Shown here: positions 38,945 to 53,120 of the stretch, piece by piece
Layout of the letters: each line of letters starts with the position of its first letter
Numbering within the stretch: the stretch's first letter is position 1
Origin: Azolla caroliniana
Lineage: Eukaryota; Plantae; Polypodiophyta
DNA length: 64,000 bases
NCBI GenBank assembly: GCA_043228905.1
Contig: JBHGNT010000014.1
Location: forward strand, 14,694,001-14,758,000
Reading direction: 5' to 3'
Program-made: the position numbers and the translations under genes
The notes under the pieces: model-generated
Seen by the model: only the letters and a program-made list of their open reading frames with translations
Databases searched by the model: none
Told to the model about the DNA's origin: nothing

Positions 38945-41900
38945 CGTGACGAGAAGTTATGAGCATTTTCATCCGCATCCATCTTTGCCCCACGGTTCCT
39001 CAAACGGAAGGTAGATTTTGAAGCCCTAAATCGAGTGAAAGGTACATTCTCTCTCCTTCCTTCTCTGTCTCTCTTTTCCTGTAGGTTTGTCCCTACAATG
39101 GCAAATACTCGTAAAACCGCCGCAAAGTTCGGGGGTATGATTGATAATGAGCCGAGATCACCAACAAATCTCAATTCTAATGCAATGGACAAAATGCTTA
39201 TGAGTCACTTGATTTCTCTTCAAAAAACCATAAACAAGCAAGGTGAAGAGATTAGGACGTTAATGAAAGAGAATACTAAGCTCCAAAGTGTTGTCATTGA
39301 GAATGAAAGTCTTAAACAAGTGGTTGCAAAACTTCAAGAAGAGATTCAAGAATGTAAAAGAGCTTCTTTTGAAACAAATGAGTGCCTTAACAAGATTGAG
39401 TTAAAGGAAGCATTAAAAGAAGAAAAATCGGACACGATGATGCGGGATGTAAGTGAGATGAAAAATGTATGTATAACGAAGTCATGGGCTGATGTATGTG
39501 GTGGGGATGTGCTATCAAACTCATCTAATATGCATGTGATGCATCAAGCGAAGAATATAGAAAGCATAGATGTCCGAGAATTGAAAGAACGGGAACAAAG
39601 ATCAAAGAACATTGTCGTCCATGGGATTAAAGAAGAGAGTATGGAAATTTTTGAGCATGCATTATGGGATGTCAGATGTGAATGTATATGGGGCACACCA
39701 AATTGGGAAACATGGTGATACTTGCTCCGGAGAAAGGCCTATTGTATGCACAATGACAGATGATACAAAGCGGCGGATCATACTCGAAAATAGTTGGGTA
39801 TACCTCAAAGGTACACAACGCTTTGTGAGTGAAGATCGTACTATCTCACAACAAAATGCTCATCGTAAAGCATATGAAGAAAGATTGAAAAACAAGGTTA
39901 AGGATGTGCCTAAAGATGGAAATGTAGGCAAATAGGGACACGCGATCTATGAGACTAACCCATGCCTTTTACGACTATGCTTTTAGAATTGCAATGGATA
40001 CCCATGGAATGCGGGATTTGGCATAGAGGAGTTCACCAATGACTCGGATATCATACTTCTTGTTGAAACATGGGAGCATGATACTCAAAGGATTCAAGGT
40101 TTAGGAAACTATAATGTACACTTTGATATGGAAGAAAAATCTAAGACAAAGAAGAGGACAAGGAGGGGTGGCATGTTTGATTAAGAAGGAAATAGAGAAA
40201 TATGTGTCAATCATAAAAAATGATGAAAATAAATGCTACATATGGCTCAAAATAGAAACACCTAATGATTTGCCCGCTTTTGTAGTTGGATGTTACATTC
40301 CTCATCAAGATTCTAACTTTTATGCTTGTTTGGATAAAGATCAACCGTTTGCCAATCTAGAAGATGATATTGCTTATTTCAAATCCAAAGGGGAAGTTAT
40401 TGTCTTTGGTGACATGAATGCTCGTACAATAAGTTTCCAACTTGATTTACAAGAATCTTTCATGCCACATATCTCAAGGATGCAAGAGGATATGCAAATG
40501 TATAACCGCTGTTCTAGCGATGAAAAAGATCCGGACCAATTTGGGAAGTTACTCCTACAAATGTGCAATAGTACTGGATTGCTTATTGCAAATGGTATTT
40601 CCTTATGGCCCAACACTAATGGTTTTACATGTAGAAAACACAACGGAAATAGTGTGATTGACTATGTGCTACTTTCCGAAGGTATTTTGGATCGTATACA
40701 TAAATTCTCACTTGGTGAATGGACACCGGAATCCGATCATAGGCCTTTATGCATTGATCTCAAATGTATGCATAGGTTTGATTGTGAGAAGGCTATTGAA
40801 GATAATAAACAATCGCACTTGAGCATGAACCTTGAATGGACACCGGAATCCGATCATAGGCCTTTATGCATTGATCTCAAATGTATGCATAGGTTTGATT
40901 GTGAGAAGGCTATTGAAGATAATAAACAACCGCACTTGAGCATGAACCTTAAGCGAGCACCCATGTATTCCAAGATGGTTGAGGATATGTTACAAATGAC
41001 AAAGATACAACATGGTGCCACACTAGAATGCAAATGGGAAGCTTTCAAGAAAGTCATTCTCTCATGTACAAACAAATGTTTTTCGACCAACCGCACATCT
41101 TGAAAGTGCACCAAGAAACTTAGGAAAAAATGGTTTGATAAAGAATGTCGTGAAGCTTGAAAGTGCCTTATGGTTTTGGATGTAGTTAAGGATAAAGAGA
41201 ATTACCAAAAGCATTTGCATGAGTATAAAAGGCTTATTCAAAGAAAGAGAAGAATATGGGAAGTTACTCAACAATTTATCCAAATGCAAGAGAAAGCACA
41301 TGCATGTGCTAAATTTTGGGGAAATCTAAAGGGAAAATGTGTTGAGAGTTATGGTGACTTAACTCTTCACGACTTGTCTATGGATTGTAAGAATTTATAT
41401 GAGTTATCTCTTGCCGGAAAGATGATGTGTTATGGTTCTCTTTCACATATGCCTCCCTTGTTTACAATTGAAGATATATGCATAGGACTTAAGAAATTGG
41501 CCTCTCGAAAGGCAAGCGATCTTCAATGCATAAAGGCTGAAATGCTCAAATGGACGAGAAAGGAAGCACATATATGGATAAGCGATATGTTTAATGATGC
41601 ATTGCAACATGGTATGCTGTACGATTGGACTACAAATTGGATCAAACCTTTACATAAAGGTGGAGATATAAATAATGTAAACAACTACCGAACCATCATG
41701 GTTGGCTCATTAAATAAGTGTATGGGCTGAAAAAAGTGGTAAGAGAGCTTATGGACAAGCTGGCTTTCGGAAACACCATAGCACCATTGATCACCTTATC
41801 ACCCTTCGAGTATTAATGGAGGAAAGTCGCCTTAGAGGTAAAGGTTTATATTGTTGCTTTGTAGACTTCAAGAAAGCTTTTGATATGGTACCTCGTGAGC

Positions 41901-43430
41901 ATCTTTGGAGGCGAATGGAAGAACTTGAGGTCCCAAGTGAATATATGCTTGCAATTTCCTGAATTTATGAGAAGGTTATATGTTGTGTGTGCACGAGAGA
42001 TAAACTTTCAGATTTTTTCAAAAGCACTATTGGTGTTAAGCAAGGATGCCCACTCTCACCAACACTATTTGGTCTATGCATTGATGAATTGGAAGAAATG
42101 GTTACCAAGTTTGCAAAGGAAGAATGTGTTGAAGAAGTTGCCATTGGGAATGTTGTGATTATGCTTTTGCTATATGCAGATGATGTAGTGCTTTTTGGAA
42201 ATACTTTAGGAGATGCACAAAAGCTTATGAAGGCATTGGAATTTTTTTGCATGCATACTAAATTAAGTGTCAATAGCTCTAAAACAAAGATTATGCTTGT
42301 AAAGAGACAAAAAAGAGATAAACCATGCATTATGTACAACAATAAGCAACTCAGATGTTTGGAAAGCTTCACATATCTTGGCCTTGAAGTTCCTTCAAAT
42401 CATAGATGGAATGAATGTGCTAGACGCCGTTTAGAGGCGGGTAAACGAACATACTATGCATTTGAGAACACATGCAATCTTGGAGATATTAAGTGTTGGG
42501 TCCTCAAGAAATATCTCTTCGACACTTTGGTGACACCGGTTCTTCTCTATGGGGTGGAAGTATGGGGCGGTAGCATCCCTAAATCTATGTGGAAAGAGTT
42601 TGAAAATGTCGAGAAACATTTTCCTACAAAGTTTCTACAAGTTAAGAAACAAACACCCTACACACTCCTCCTTGAGATGGGATCGCTTCCCATTGAGATC
42701 ATGGCCATGGAAAGGGTTGTTGAATACATGCTTAAGGTTCAAAAAAGTCCCTCACATCGACTTCCTAGAATTGCATGGGAAGCAAGCAAAAAGATCCAAA
42801 AGACGTATAAAAGCAAAATTTTGTGTTCCGGTTGGATGGAATGCGAGACACTTGCTTCATGATGCATCACTAAATTCCTTTGTAAATGAGGCCTTTTTGC
42901 AACGCCAATGTATCATTACATGGGACAAATGTGGAGGCTCATGCTTCCATTATTCTACACATGTTGCACCTAACTACAAAACCATATTCTTTGCGGAATG
43001 GGGAAACCATACACATCGATACATGTTAGAGCCCATACCGTTATCTACCATTCGAACCATTGCTTCCATGCGACTTAGCTCACATGCATTGCGATGTGAG
43101 ACAGAGGGTTGGGGCACAAGTGATGAGAGTGGTCGACTATGCACACTTTTCCCTAAACAAGTTCACGTGTATGAGTATTACACTTTGATACAATGCTCTG
43201 CGTTTGATCATATCTGACCATGCTTTCCACATCTCTTCGATTGGACCCAATCCTTGCATGAATTCCTCTCACAAGCACAATGTGCACTGTCGATTGCAAC
43301 ATTCATTGGTAAAGTTCTTGAACATCGAGAGTCACTACTCACTTTCACACGTATCACATGAAATGTAATATTTTTGGTCTCATAGGTCATATTTGACCTC
43401 CGAAGACGATAATATAATCTATCTATCTAT
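38945..43430 (+). mobile_element. LINE retrotransposon (RTEX/L2-like), near full length, pseudogenised: ORF1 ~39098-39935, ORF2 ~39950-43360
   Basis: ORF1: coiled coil, RSKNIVVHGIKEE, RPIV, SEDRT. ORF2 APE: ETW, GDMNART, IDYVL, SDHRPL. ORF2 RT: QAGFR, FVDFKKAFD, GVKQGCPLSP, YADD, YLG. C-terminal Cys/His motif. Ends in an (ATCT)n/(CT)n tail. Confidence 0.9.
40717..40950 (+). repeat. 117-bp in-frame tandem duplication in LINE ORF2
   Basis: EWTPESDHRPLCIDLK..SMNL occurs twice, with units starting at 40717 and 40834. Confidence 0.95.
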
Positions 43431-46400
43431 CTCTCTCTGTCTCCTTCTCTCAAGAATTCTACACCCTCATTTCCTCTTAGTATTAATCCTCATCTGTAGT
43501 ACTAATTCCTTCTCTATCTTAGTACTATTCCTAACAGTTTGAACCGAATTCCTTCCTTCTTATCTTTGTATCCCTCATTCCCTTCATAGAAATATTCTTA
43601 TCCGTCCTTCCTCCAATACTATGGCAATTGCTAGCGCTCAAGAATACCAATATGAGATTAGTAGGCACGTTGCTCAGTGGCCCAGCTTTGGCATGGTTCA
43701 CACCTTTATTAGAGCAACAATCCCTATTGTTAAATAAATTTGAGGAATTTATTAACGAGTTTAAAGCCTGTTTCGGGGACACCGATAATGTTAGGACGAC
43801 AATCAATAAAATCTGAAGGTTGTGTCAAGGTGACCATCCAGGCTTATCCTTTGAAATGATGTCAAAGATTTACTCCTGATTTTTGCCGAAGAACCAAAGT
43901 CGCTCATAGAGGCAATCAGTCGAGCGGTGCGTTGCGATAACAGACTTTTCGAACGATGTTCGAAATGTCAATTACAAATGCCAAGAACAAGATCGAAGCC
44001 CACATATGCCTTAGTCGTAGCAAAGCCATTTGCAAGGGATTCATATAATGCGTCTCCAGCAAATATACCAACCCCGATGGAAATCAACAGAGACCATTAT
44101 CGGAAAAGGAAAAGCAGTGACGCCGAGCAAATCGACTATGTCTTTATTGCGGTGGACCGGGGCATATTGCAGTAAACTGTCCCCATAGGCCAAGAAGACA
44201 TGAAAATCAAATAGCCGCTAGTACTAATAGTATTAAGCCCGAATCTATTTCATTAGTTCTAATAGCCCAAGCCTATCAAACAAATTTGAAGTCCTTAGTC
44301 AACTAGAAGAAGAGTTAAACAACTAAGTCCAGCCAAAATAGGAGCCGTTTGGTTGGACATCCCTAGATCTGTGCAACCCATTAGTGGTTCCATTCCCTCT
44401 AAGCAAGTTAGCAATGTCTTCCTAGCTCAAGTAACAATTAGTACTAAAACTACTCCTCTAGTACATGTCGTAGCACTCCTAGATTCCGAAGCTAATTCTT
44501 GCTTCATGGATAAGAATTTTGCCCAAGTTCATAATATATCCTTAAGAAAACTCCCTTGCCCAGCCTCTGTAGTCATTGATGGTCGCCCCATTGCTTCCAG
44601 AAACATCCTAGAAGAGTTAGAGCCAATTAGTGTTGTCCTAGATAATTTGGCATGTGTAGTATCATTCAATATAATTAGTAGTCCAGAACATCCCATTGTT
44701 TTGGGGTTACCATGGTTCGTGTTACAAAATCCGGATTAATGTTGTAAAGTTCTTCACAAACATCGACATACGAGGCACATATAACCTCGTACGGATCCGA
44801 CCGGGAGATGAATGGAAGACCTCTTTTCGCACCTAATACGCGCACTTCGAGTATACGGTTTTGCATTCGGTCTAACCACATGGCAAATGATATATTCTGT
44901 GATATCTGTTTGATCATCTAATTGGATGATCTACTAGTTTATTCGAAGAATCAAGAAGACCTTGATTCTCATGTACTATTAGTACTAAATGACTTGGAAA
45001 ACATGGTCTTTATGCAAAACTGGAAAAATTGTAAAAGAATATGTTGTGCATAAGCGTATGCGTAAACATAGAGTACACAACTCGGAGGAATAAGACAATT
45101 CGGTAAAACATAGAAAACGCAAAGATGGAGATGGAGATGGAGAGAGAGAGCAGACAACAGAAAAAACTTAGATTCAAAATAATGACTCTCTGTCTGTGTA
45201 CATACATCGTGCTCAGTGAACACATTTTATACAAGCCCTTACAATTGGGCTGACACAAGTACTGACAGTACTTGAATGCTCATAAATGAGCTGACTACAA
45301 AAACTCCCAAAATTATTCCTTTACAAGGAATAACACTCTAACGGCCTCTTCGGTTTTCACACCGATGCAGCCTTGTTGTGGGTACTTTTTCACGCACCCA
45401 GTCTACGCACTGGGTTACGCTGCGTACTTCGCACCAAATGTTGAGCTTGTCTCTCAATACTCCCCCTAAAGCTCAACTTGAGGTTCCAGTTGCTCCGCCG
45501 GATCTACGCTCCGGTTCCTTCTGGCTTCACGCCTCGCTCGCGCTCCTCGACCTGTTCGATTCCGCGAGCTTCGACCCTTTCGGTCGGCTTGTTTGCTCGT
45601 TCGGCCCTTCTCAGCTCCCTTGCTGTCGCGGTGTCGACACATCCTTCACTGCCCTTTTCTCCGCATGGCCTTCAATTGATTCGGCATATCCGAATCGAAC
45701 ATACCAATTGAATCAAACTCTTCAGATTCAATATCACTCTCATCCGAATTGGTTGTCTCCAATTCGTCCTCAATCTTCAAGCCCCTGATAACATCCGACC
45801 ACGTCTTAGTCTTGGTGTTATCTCCCCCTGTTTCGGCTGTCCTCGGCTCCTTATGCTTATGGCCCGTGCTTCTGTCTTCGGCTTCTTTAGCCGGTTCGAA
45901 GTCAAATTCTCCATCTGACTCCGCATCTCGGTCACTTCCGCTGTGATGCTTACCTTCACTCCTTTCACGCTCTTGTCCCTGTTCTTCCTTTCTCCCCCTC
46001 AAGTTCGGCATGTCGAGGTGACGCAACCCAAGCGCACCCGAGAAATGCCATAACTTGTCGAGACCAAGAGGTTTTGTGAAGATGTCGGCAATCTGCCAAC
46101 CAGTCGAAACATGCACCAATTCAACTTCTCCTGGAAGGACCCGTGCACAGACAAAATGGTAATGCACCTCGATGTGCTTGGTCCGGGCGTGGAACACAGG
46201 GTTTTTCACAAGGTGGATACTGCTACGGTTGTCGCAATAGATCGTCGTCGGATCAGACACCTCTACCTGTAGATCCCATAATAGCCATTTCAGCCAAATG
46301 AGTTCGCACGTAGCGACAGTGGCCCCTCGATATTCGGCCTCCGTGCTCGACAGTGTTATTGTCGGCTGCTTTTTGCTGCTCCACATGATCGCCACACTTC

Positions 46401-49400
46401 CTAATGAGAAGGCGTATCTGGATGTGGATTGATGATCGCTGGCGTTTCCGGCCAAATAGGCATTCGTGTAGCCGACTAACTGTTCAGTTACGCCTGCTCG
46501 ATATAGCAACGCCATGTCTTTCGTGCCGTTTACATATCGCAATATTCTTTGCGGGCACTGAAGGTGTTTGGTCGTAGGCTGCAACTTGAATTAACTGATT
46601 AGGCTAACTAGATAACTAAGATCTGGTTGAGTAATCGTCAAATAGATAAGGCTGCCAAGAACCTATCGGAACCGTGTCAGGTCGCACGCCTTTCCCGAAT
46701 CTTGTCGACGCTTTACATTTCTGTCCAAAGGGGTCGAGATGGGCTTACAATTTTCCATCTCGAACTTGAAGAGCATATTCAGCGCGTAATGACGCTGAAT
46801 AAACGATACCGCAAGCTGAGACTTCACGTGACGGATTTCTTCAAGGTCGGCCCTGGTGATGACTAAATCATCAACGTACAAGAGTAGGTTGACCGGTCCA
46901 TATTGACCTTGCTAAACAAATAGAGAAGAGTCTAATTTCGACGGCGCAAAACCCATCCTACGCAACTGCTGCATAATCTTTGCGTTCCAAGCTCACGGGG
47001 CTTGCTTTAGTCCATATAAGAACTTCTTCAATCGGAAAACTACTGAGGTGTTTTGTTCGGATAGAAATCCGAGGGGCTGTATCATGTACACCTGCTCCTC
47101 AAGATAACCTTGCAGGAACGCGTTCTTTACATCCATCTGATGTAAGTGCCACCCCTTTGTCGCTGCTACGGCTAGTAGGACTCACACGGTAGTCATCTTC
47201 GGGACAGGCGCGAAGGTTTCATCATAGTCCACATCGTGCTGCTATCCGTAGCCTTTCGCTACTAAACAAGCCTTGTAGCGGTTGACAGAGCCATCGGTGT
47301 TGTATTTCACCTTATACACCCATCTACATCCAATCGGCTTTACACACTTCGGTGCGTCAACTAGGTCCCATGTCTCGTTCTGCGTGAAGGCGCGCATCTC
47401 TTCCTCCATCACGGCACGCCAATTTGCGTCTTCCGCTGTTTCTACATAGCTCTCCGGCTCACGCACTTCCGCCACTCGCGTCATGTACGCGTAATGGTGC
47501 GCCATGTACTCATTATACCCGTACCTCTTTACAGGGTTCTTTGGGCGGGTAGATCGGCGTAATTCGTGATTACCCGATTTTGTGACCTTTTTGACCGATT
47601 TTGACCTCTTTCATGGAGGTTCCTTTTCGACTAGCTCGAGGTCAGATTCACTCCGAACTGACTCGGCACTACCAAAATCGTATTCCGGCGTATTCTTCTT
47701 CCCCTTCTCCTTGTATGTAAACCGTCTCCTTGGTTCTTTACACGGGGACATTACGGCCGAGTCTCCACTACTCACCGCCTCATCATCTGGTTGGTCATCT
47801 CGACCCAACCCCTCATTCGGCCCACTCAGTCGAAATGAGATCGGACTCTCTCTTAGAGCTTCGATGTCCTCATCATGTGGAGGCATCTCAGCCTCGTTGA
47901 CTTTGTCTTCAGAAATCAGAATGGAGTCATGAGGTTCTGGAGGAGAAGGCAAGTACCACGAAGCGAACTTGTCAAATACGACATCACGGCTTCAATGTAC
48001 TTCCTTCGTTTGGGGGTTATAGCACTTATACCCCTTCTGCTCGTCTGAATAGCCGACCAAGATACATTTCTCGGCCTTGGCATCCAGCTTCCTCCTTTTC
48101 TCCCTCGGCACGTGCACAAACGCAATGTTGCCGAAAATCCTCAAGTGTGCCAAGTTCGGCTTCTTTCCGAAATATAGCTCATGTGGCGACACTCCTCCAT
48201 TAGCAGAAGTCCGATTCTGCAAGTAGACAACCGTCTTCACGGCTTCAGCCCAATAGAATTTCGGCATATGCTTCTCTTCAAGCATTCCCCTGGCCGCTTC
48301 TTTAATCGTTCGATTCTTCCGCTCGGCCACGCCGTTCTATTGCGGCATGTATCTACACGAGAATTCGCGTCGAATTCCCTCCTTTTGTAGATAACATGTG
48401 AACTGGTCGAAGAAGTAATCCTTTCCGCCATCAGACCGTAGGCATTTGATGTTACGCCCGGTTTCCCTTTCCGCAAGGCTCTTCACCTCCAAGAAACATG
48501 CGAAAACTTCGCTCTTCTTTGCGATCGTGCATGCCCACGTGTGCCGAGTGAAGTCATCGATGAAGGTTACAAAGTAACGGCTTCCACCGAGACTTGCGTT
48601 CTGTGTAGGACCCCGCACATCCGAATTGATCAAATCCAGTAGACTTCGACTACGATTACGCTCATTGGGGAATGGAAGTCGGTGTTGTTTTCCCATCTAA
48701 TAGGCTTTGCAGACTTGGGCATTACGGCCCCAAAATTTCGGCAATCCGGATACGATGTTCTTCGTCTGCATTTCACGTAGCTATGGGAAATTTATGTGGC
48801 CAAACTGCTTGTGCCACAGGTCGATATCCGATTTGACCTTTTGTCCTTTCGCCTACAACACGGTGCCGGCTGGATTAGTGTCGAGGATAAACATCCTCCC
48901 TTCACGGCGCCCTTGTGCGATCACTTTGCCTTCCTCTCTTATGAAGCAATCGAGATGCGTGAATCGAACTTGCATACCTTGGTCAACGATCTGTCCGACC
49001 GACACAAGGTTCTTGGTTATTGTCGGGACGTGCAATACGTTCATGAGTTTCCCTTTCTGCCTAACTTGGCTGAGGGGAACTTCTCCGACATGTTCGATGG
49101 TATGCGTAGTGTCGTCTCCCGTTTCGACCACTCCTTGCGATTCCGGTTTCTCCAAGTACGAGAACCATTCCTCGTGACTCCTCATATAATTTGACGCTCC
49201 GGAATCAACATACCACACTTCGCTCGATTTCGAGGTGTTCACGGCCATAGAATTGGCCTTATGCTTCATTACGAAGGTTGGGCCCGATTTATTTTCGGCT
49301 CGTTCAGAGCCTTTTGCGTAGTGCGACTTCTGATGCCTTCCTGCGTCTCTTCCGCTCGATCCAACTTTGTCTGAATCAGTTTGTTTCTTCCAGCACTCGC

Positions 49401-52400
49401 TCTCCTTGTGGCCTTTTTTGCCACAGTACCAGCAATCCGGTCCGGTATTCTCTTGCCGTCTTCCGGCGCCGCCATGACTCCCCTTGCTTGCGGAGGGTTC
49501 GGAATTGCTTCCGGCATCTCGATCATGCCATAAATTCTGCTCTTTTCGGCCGCCTCCATTGCGCGTTGATCCGTCTCGTCCACCACGACCACGGGGCCTA
49601 TCATCCTCCGTGTAAAGCATCTTGCCATCGGCGTGCGCACCCGCGTGGTTTTCTTCTACGAGCAACATTGACTGAAGCGTAATATCCCTCATGCAGATTG
49701 CCATTCGGAAAGGTCTGAACTTTGACACCAAGCCACCAAGACAAACTTGCACCATTTCATCTTCCTCGACGTTCACGTTGATGGAGGCGAGAGAGTTGCA
49801 GATTTCTTTGATCTTGGTGGTGTAATCAGCCACCGACATATCTCTTTGTCGTACATTGCTGAGCTCCTGTCACAGCTGCAGCTTTCTGGCCATTGTGTTG
49901 GCGGCGAAAATCCTTTTGAGATTTACCCACGCGTCCTTTGGCGTCTTGGGATCCTGGATATAGCTCAAAAGTTGATCGCTCACACAGGACACGAAGTAGT
50001 ACAACACTCTGCTTGCCACTTATTCTCAAGCCGGAAAGTCCCTCTGTGTCGAGTCGAGTGCTACATTGTTTGCTCCTTCGACATAACTCCAGTAGCCATG
50101 GCCGAGCAGGTACTGGTGCATCTTGTAAGACCAAGATGCGTAGTTGCTTCTATCAAGCTTTTCAGTCAGAAGTGAGCTTCCCATTCCTCTGTCCGTAGTA
50201 TTGTCTTTTTCTTCTCCGAAAGCGAACAACTTCAACTCTGTTTCGTCACAAACTTTTCTTGTGGGCTGCAGAGGACTTCAACCCTCGCGCTCTGATACCA
50301 TGTAAAAGAATACGTTGTGCAGAAGCGTATGCGTAAACACAGAGTACACAGTTCAGAGGAATAAGACAATTCGGTAAAACACAGAAAATGCAAAGATGGA
50401 GATGGACATGGAGAGAGAGAGCAGACAACAGAAAAAACTCAAATTCAAAATAATGACTCTCTGTTCTGTGTACATACCCCGTGCTCAGTGAGCACCTTTT
50501 ATACAAGCCCTGACAATCGGGCCGAATTTCAGTTTTTCTTGTTGTCTGCTCTCTCTGTTCTGTGTACATACACCGTGCTCAGTGAGCACCTTTTATACAA
50601 GCCATGACAATCGGGCTGACACAAGTACTGACAGTACTTGAATGCTCATAAATGAGCCGACTACACAAACTCCCAAAATTATTCCATTACGAGGAATAAC
50701 ACTCTAATGGCCTCTTCGGTTTTCACACCGATGCGGCCCTGTTGTGCGTACTTTTTCACGCACCCACCCAGTCTACGCACTGGGTTACTGAATTTGAGTT
50801 TTTTTTGTTGTCTGATCTCTCTGCTTTGTGTACATACATCGTGCTCAGTGAGCACCTTTTATACAAGCCCTGACAATCGGGCTGACACAAGTACTGATAG
50901 TACTTGAATGCTCATAAATGAGCCGACTACACAAACTCCCAAAATTATTCCTTTACGAGGAATAACGCTCTAACGGCCTCTTCGGTTTTCACACCGATGC
51001 GGCCCTATTGTGCGCACTTTTTCACGCACCCACCCAGTCTACGCACTGGGTTACCCAGTACATGTAGTTTGTTGTGTGCAACCAAGTGGAATTTCTAGGC
51101 TCTGTCATCTCCTCGGAAGGCATCTCTATGGGTCCAGCTAAGGTCAAAATTGTGGTAGAGTGACAGACTCCCGTTCGTTGCAAGATGTGCAATGTTTTTT
51201 AGGCTTCGCAAATATTTTTTATACAAAAATGCTCAAAGGTTATTTTGCCTCTCACACAACTTACCAAGAAGGGGAAGTTGTTTTGTTTGGTTTCAGGAAG
51301 TGGACATGGCTTTTGTAAGTCTTAAGAAAGCATTTACATCAGGTCCTATTCTAGCTCATGTTGATCCGAATAAACCATTCATCATGGAGGCAGACACATC
51401 GGATTTCGCCCTTGGTAGCATTCTATCACAACAAGGCGATGATGAAAAACTACATCTGGTGGCTTTCCACTCGCGAAAGTTTGACGCCGCCAAAATCAAC
51501 TACGAGATACATGAAAAGGAGCTATTGGCAATAGTGGACTCTTTTGCACAATAGAGGCATTTTTTTAGAGGGATATTCTCATCAAGTCACAATATTCAGT
51601 GATCACAAAAACCTTGTTATTTCCAGAATGCTCGTGTATTGCTCACTTGTTTTGACTTCAAAATTACATATAGTCCTAGGAAGCAACAAGGAAAGGCAGA
51701 TACATTATTGCGACACTCGTGTCTAGCACCTTGTCCCAGTGATCCAACATTCGATAATCAAAAGCAAGTCATCCTAGGACCAACATGACTGCAAGCAACG
51801 TGGGTTTTTGACACTCCATTGGATTCCCGCATTATCGAGACTATACGTGAAGACTTGAAGACAGATGCTTTTGCTCAAGCCATTCTAGCGCAAATTGATC
51901 CCTTGCGGGCAACCTGCTCACAGTTGAAACAACCAGGTATGGACTATGGACAATTCGAATGGCATGATGGATTACAATTCTTTAAGAAACTCTTGTATGT
52001 TCCCAATGGTGCTTGTCGCCTTCGGGTAGTCCAAAGTTGTCATGGCACATATACAAATGGACATTTTGGTAGTACTAAAATGTTGGATTTAGTATAACGA
52101 TCATTTTGGTGGCCTCATATGCGACGATTTGTTGAAGACTATGTTCGGACATGTGTTACATGTTACAGAGCAAAGATGCCAAGACATCATCCATATGGTT
52201 TATTGGAACCATTACCAATTCCAAGCAAGCCGTGCCAGTCCATTTCTCTAAATTTTATCACATATTTTATCGGAAAAGTTAATGATGTCCCTTTTCATCT
52301 TGATCTACCTCCGCAACTATGGTTACATCCGGTTTTTCATAGTTCTCTTCTTGAACCCTATCAAGAAAACACTATTCCGAATTGTATTACACCATCTCCA

Positions 52401-52968
52401 CCCTCGAACGAGCTTGAAGCAGGACCAGAGTATGAAGTTGATGCCATCCTCGATTCCAGGATTGTTCGCAATAAACTATACTATTTGGTCGATTGGCTAG
52501 GCTATAGTCCAAGCCAGCATACTTGGGAACCAGTCAAGAATATCGCAAATGCTCGAGCTCTTATTGAGGACTTCCATCGAAAATATCCCGACAAACCAGG
52601 TCCTCCATCTAAGACGCCTCGTAACACTCGTCGTCTTGAGGGGGGGGTAGTGTCATGATATAGCTTGGTATGGCTTCAAAAAGATTTGAACCCATGACCT
52701 TCTGTCACATGGGTTGAAGCCCTACCATTAAGCTATATATTATAATACAAAGAATATTTTTTATTTACATTTATTATTTCACTTAGGAAATCCATGTATA
52801 TTCTAGATTTATCTGGAACATTTTAGAAATGTCAAGAGTACTCCTAAGCATACTAAAAAAAGAGGCACATGGTATTATTAAGAAATATTCGGTTCAACGC
52901 CTGTCTTAAGCCTTCTAGCTATTCTTGTATATTCTCTTCATATAATATAGCATATCATTTGTTATCAG

Positions 52969-53029
<61 letters not shown>

Positions 53030-53120
53030 TCTCTCGAGAATTCTACGCCCTCTTTTCCTCTTAGTACTAATCCTCATCTCGAGTACTAATACCCTCTCTG
53101 TCTTAGTACTATTCCTAACA
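43431..53120 (+). mobile_element. Chromovirus G4 (Tcn1-like): partial 5' LTR to 43536, gag, PR, RT/RH, partly deleted INT, chromodomain, 3' LTR 52651-53120; interrupted by copia C5
   Basis: LLSGPALAWF (gag), ALLDSEANSCF (PR), [22 protein letters not shown] (RH), EYEVDAILDSR..YLVDWLGY..TWEP (chromodomain). PPT at 52638-52650. Both LTRs end attcctaaca. Confidence 0.9.
45030..51054 (-). mobile_element. Ty1/copia C5, full domain set, pseudogenised; 3' LTR 45030-45459, rearranged 5' LTR from 50301
   Basis: PBS TGGTATCAGAGC at 50300-50289. gag, PR, INT, RT and RH ORF fragments. PPT at 45460-45467. Inserted in the G4 RT after LYAKLEK. Same family as C3. Confidence 0.92.
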
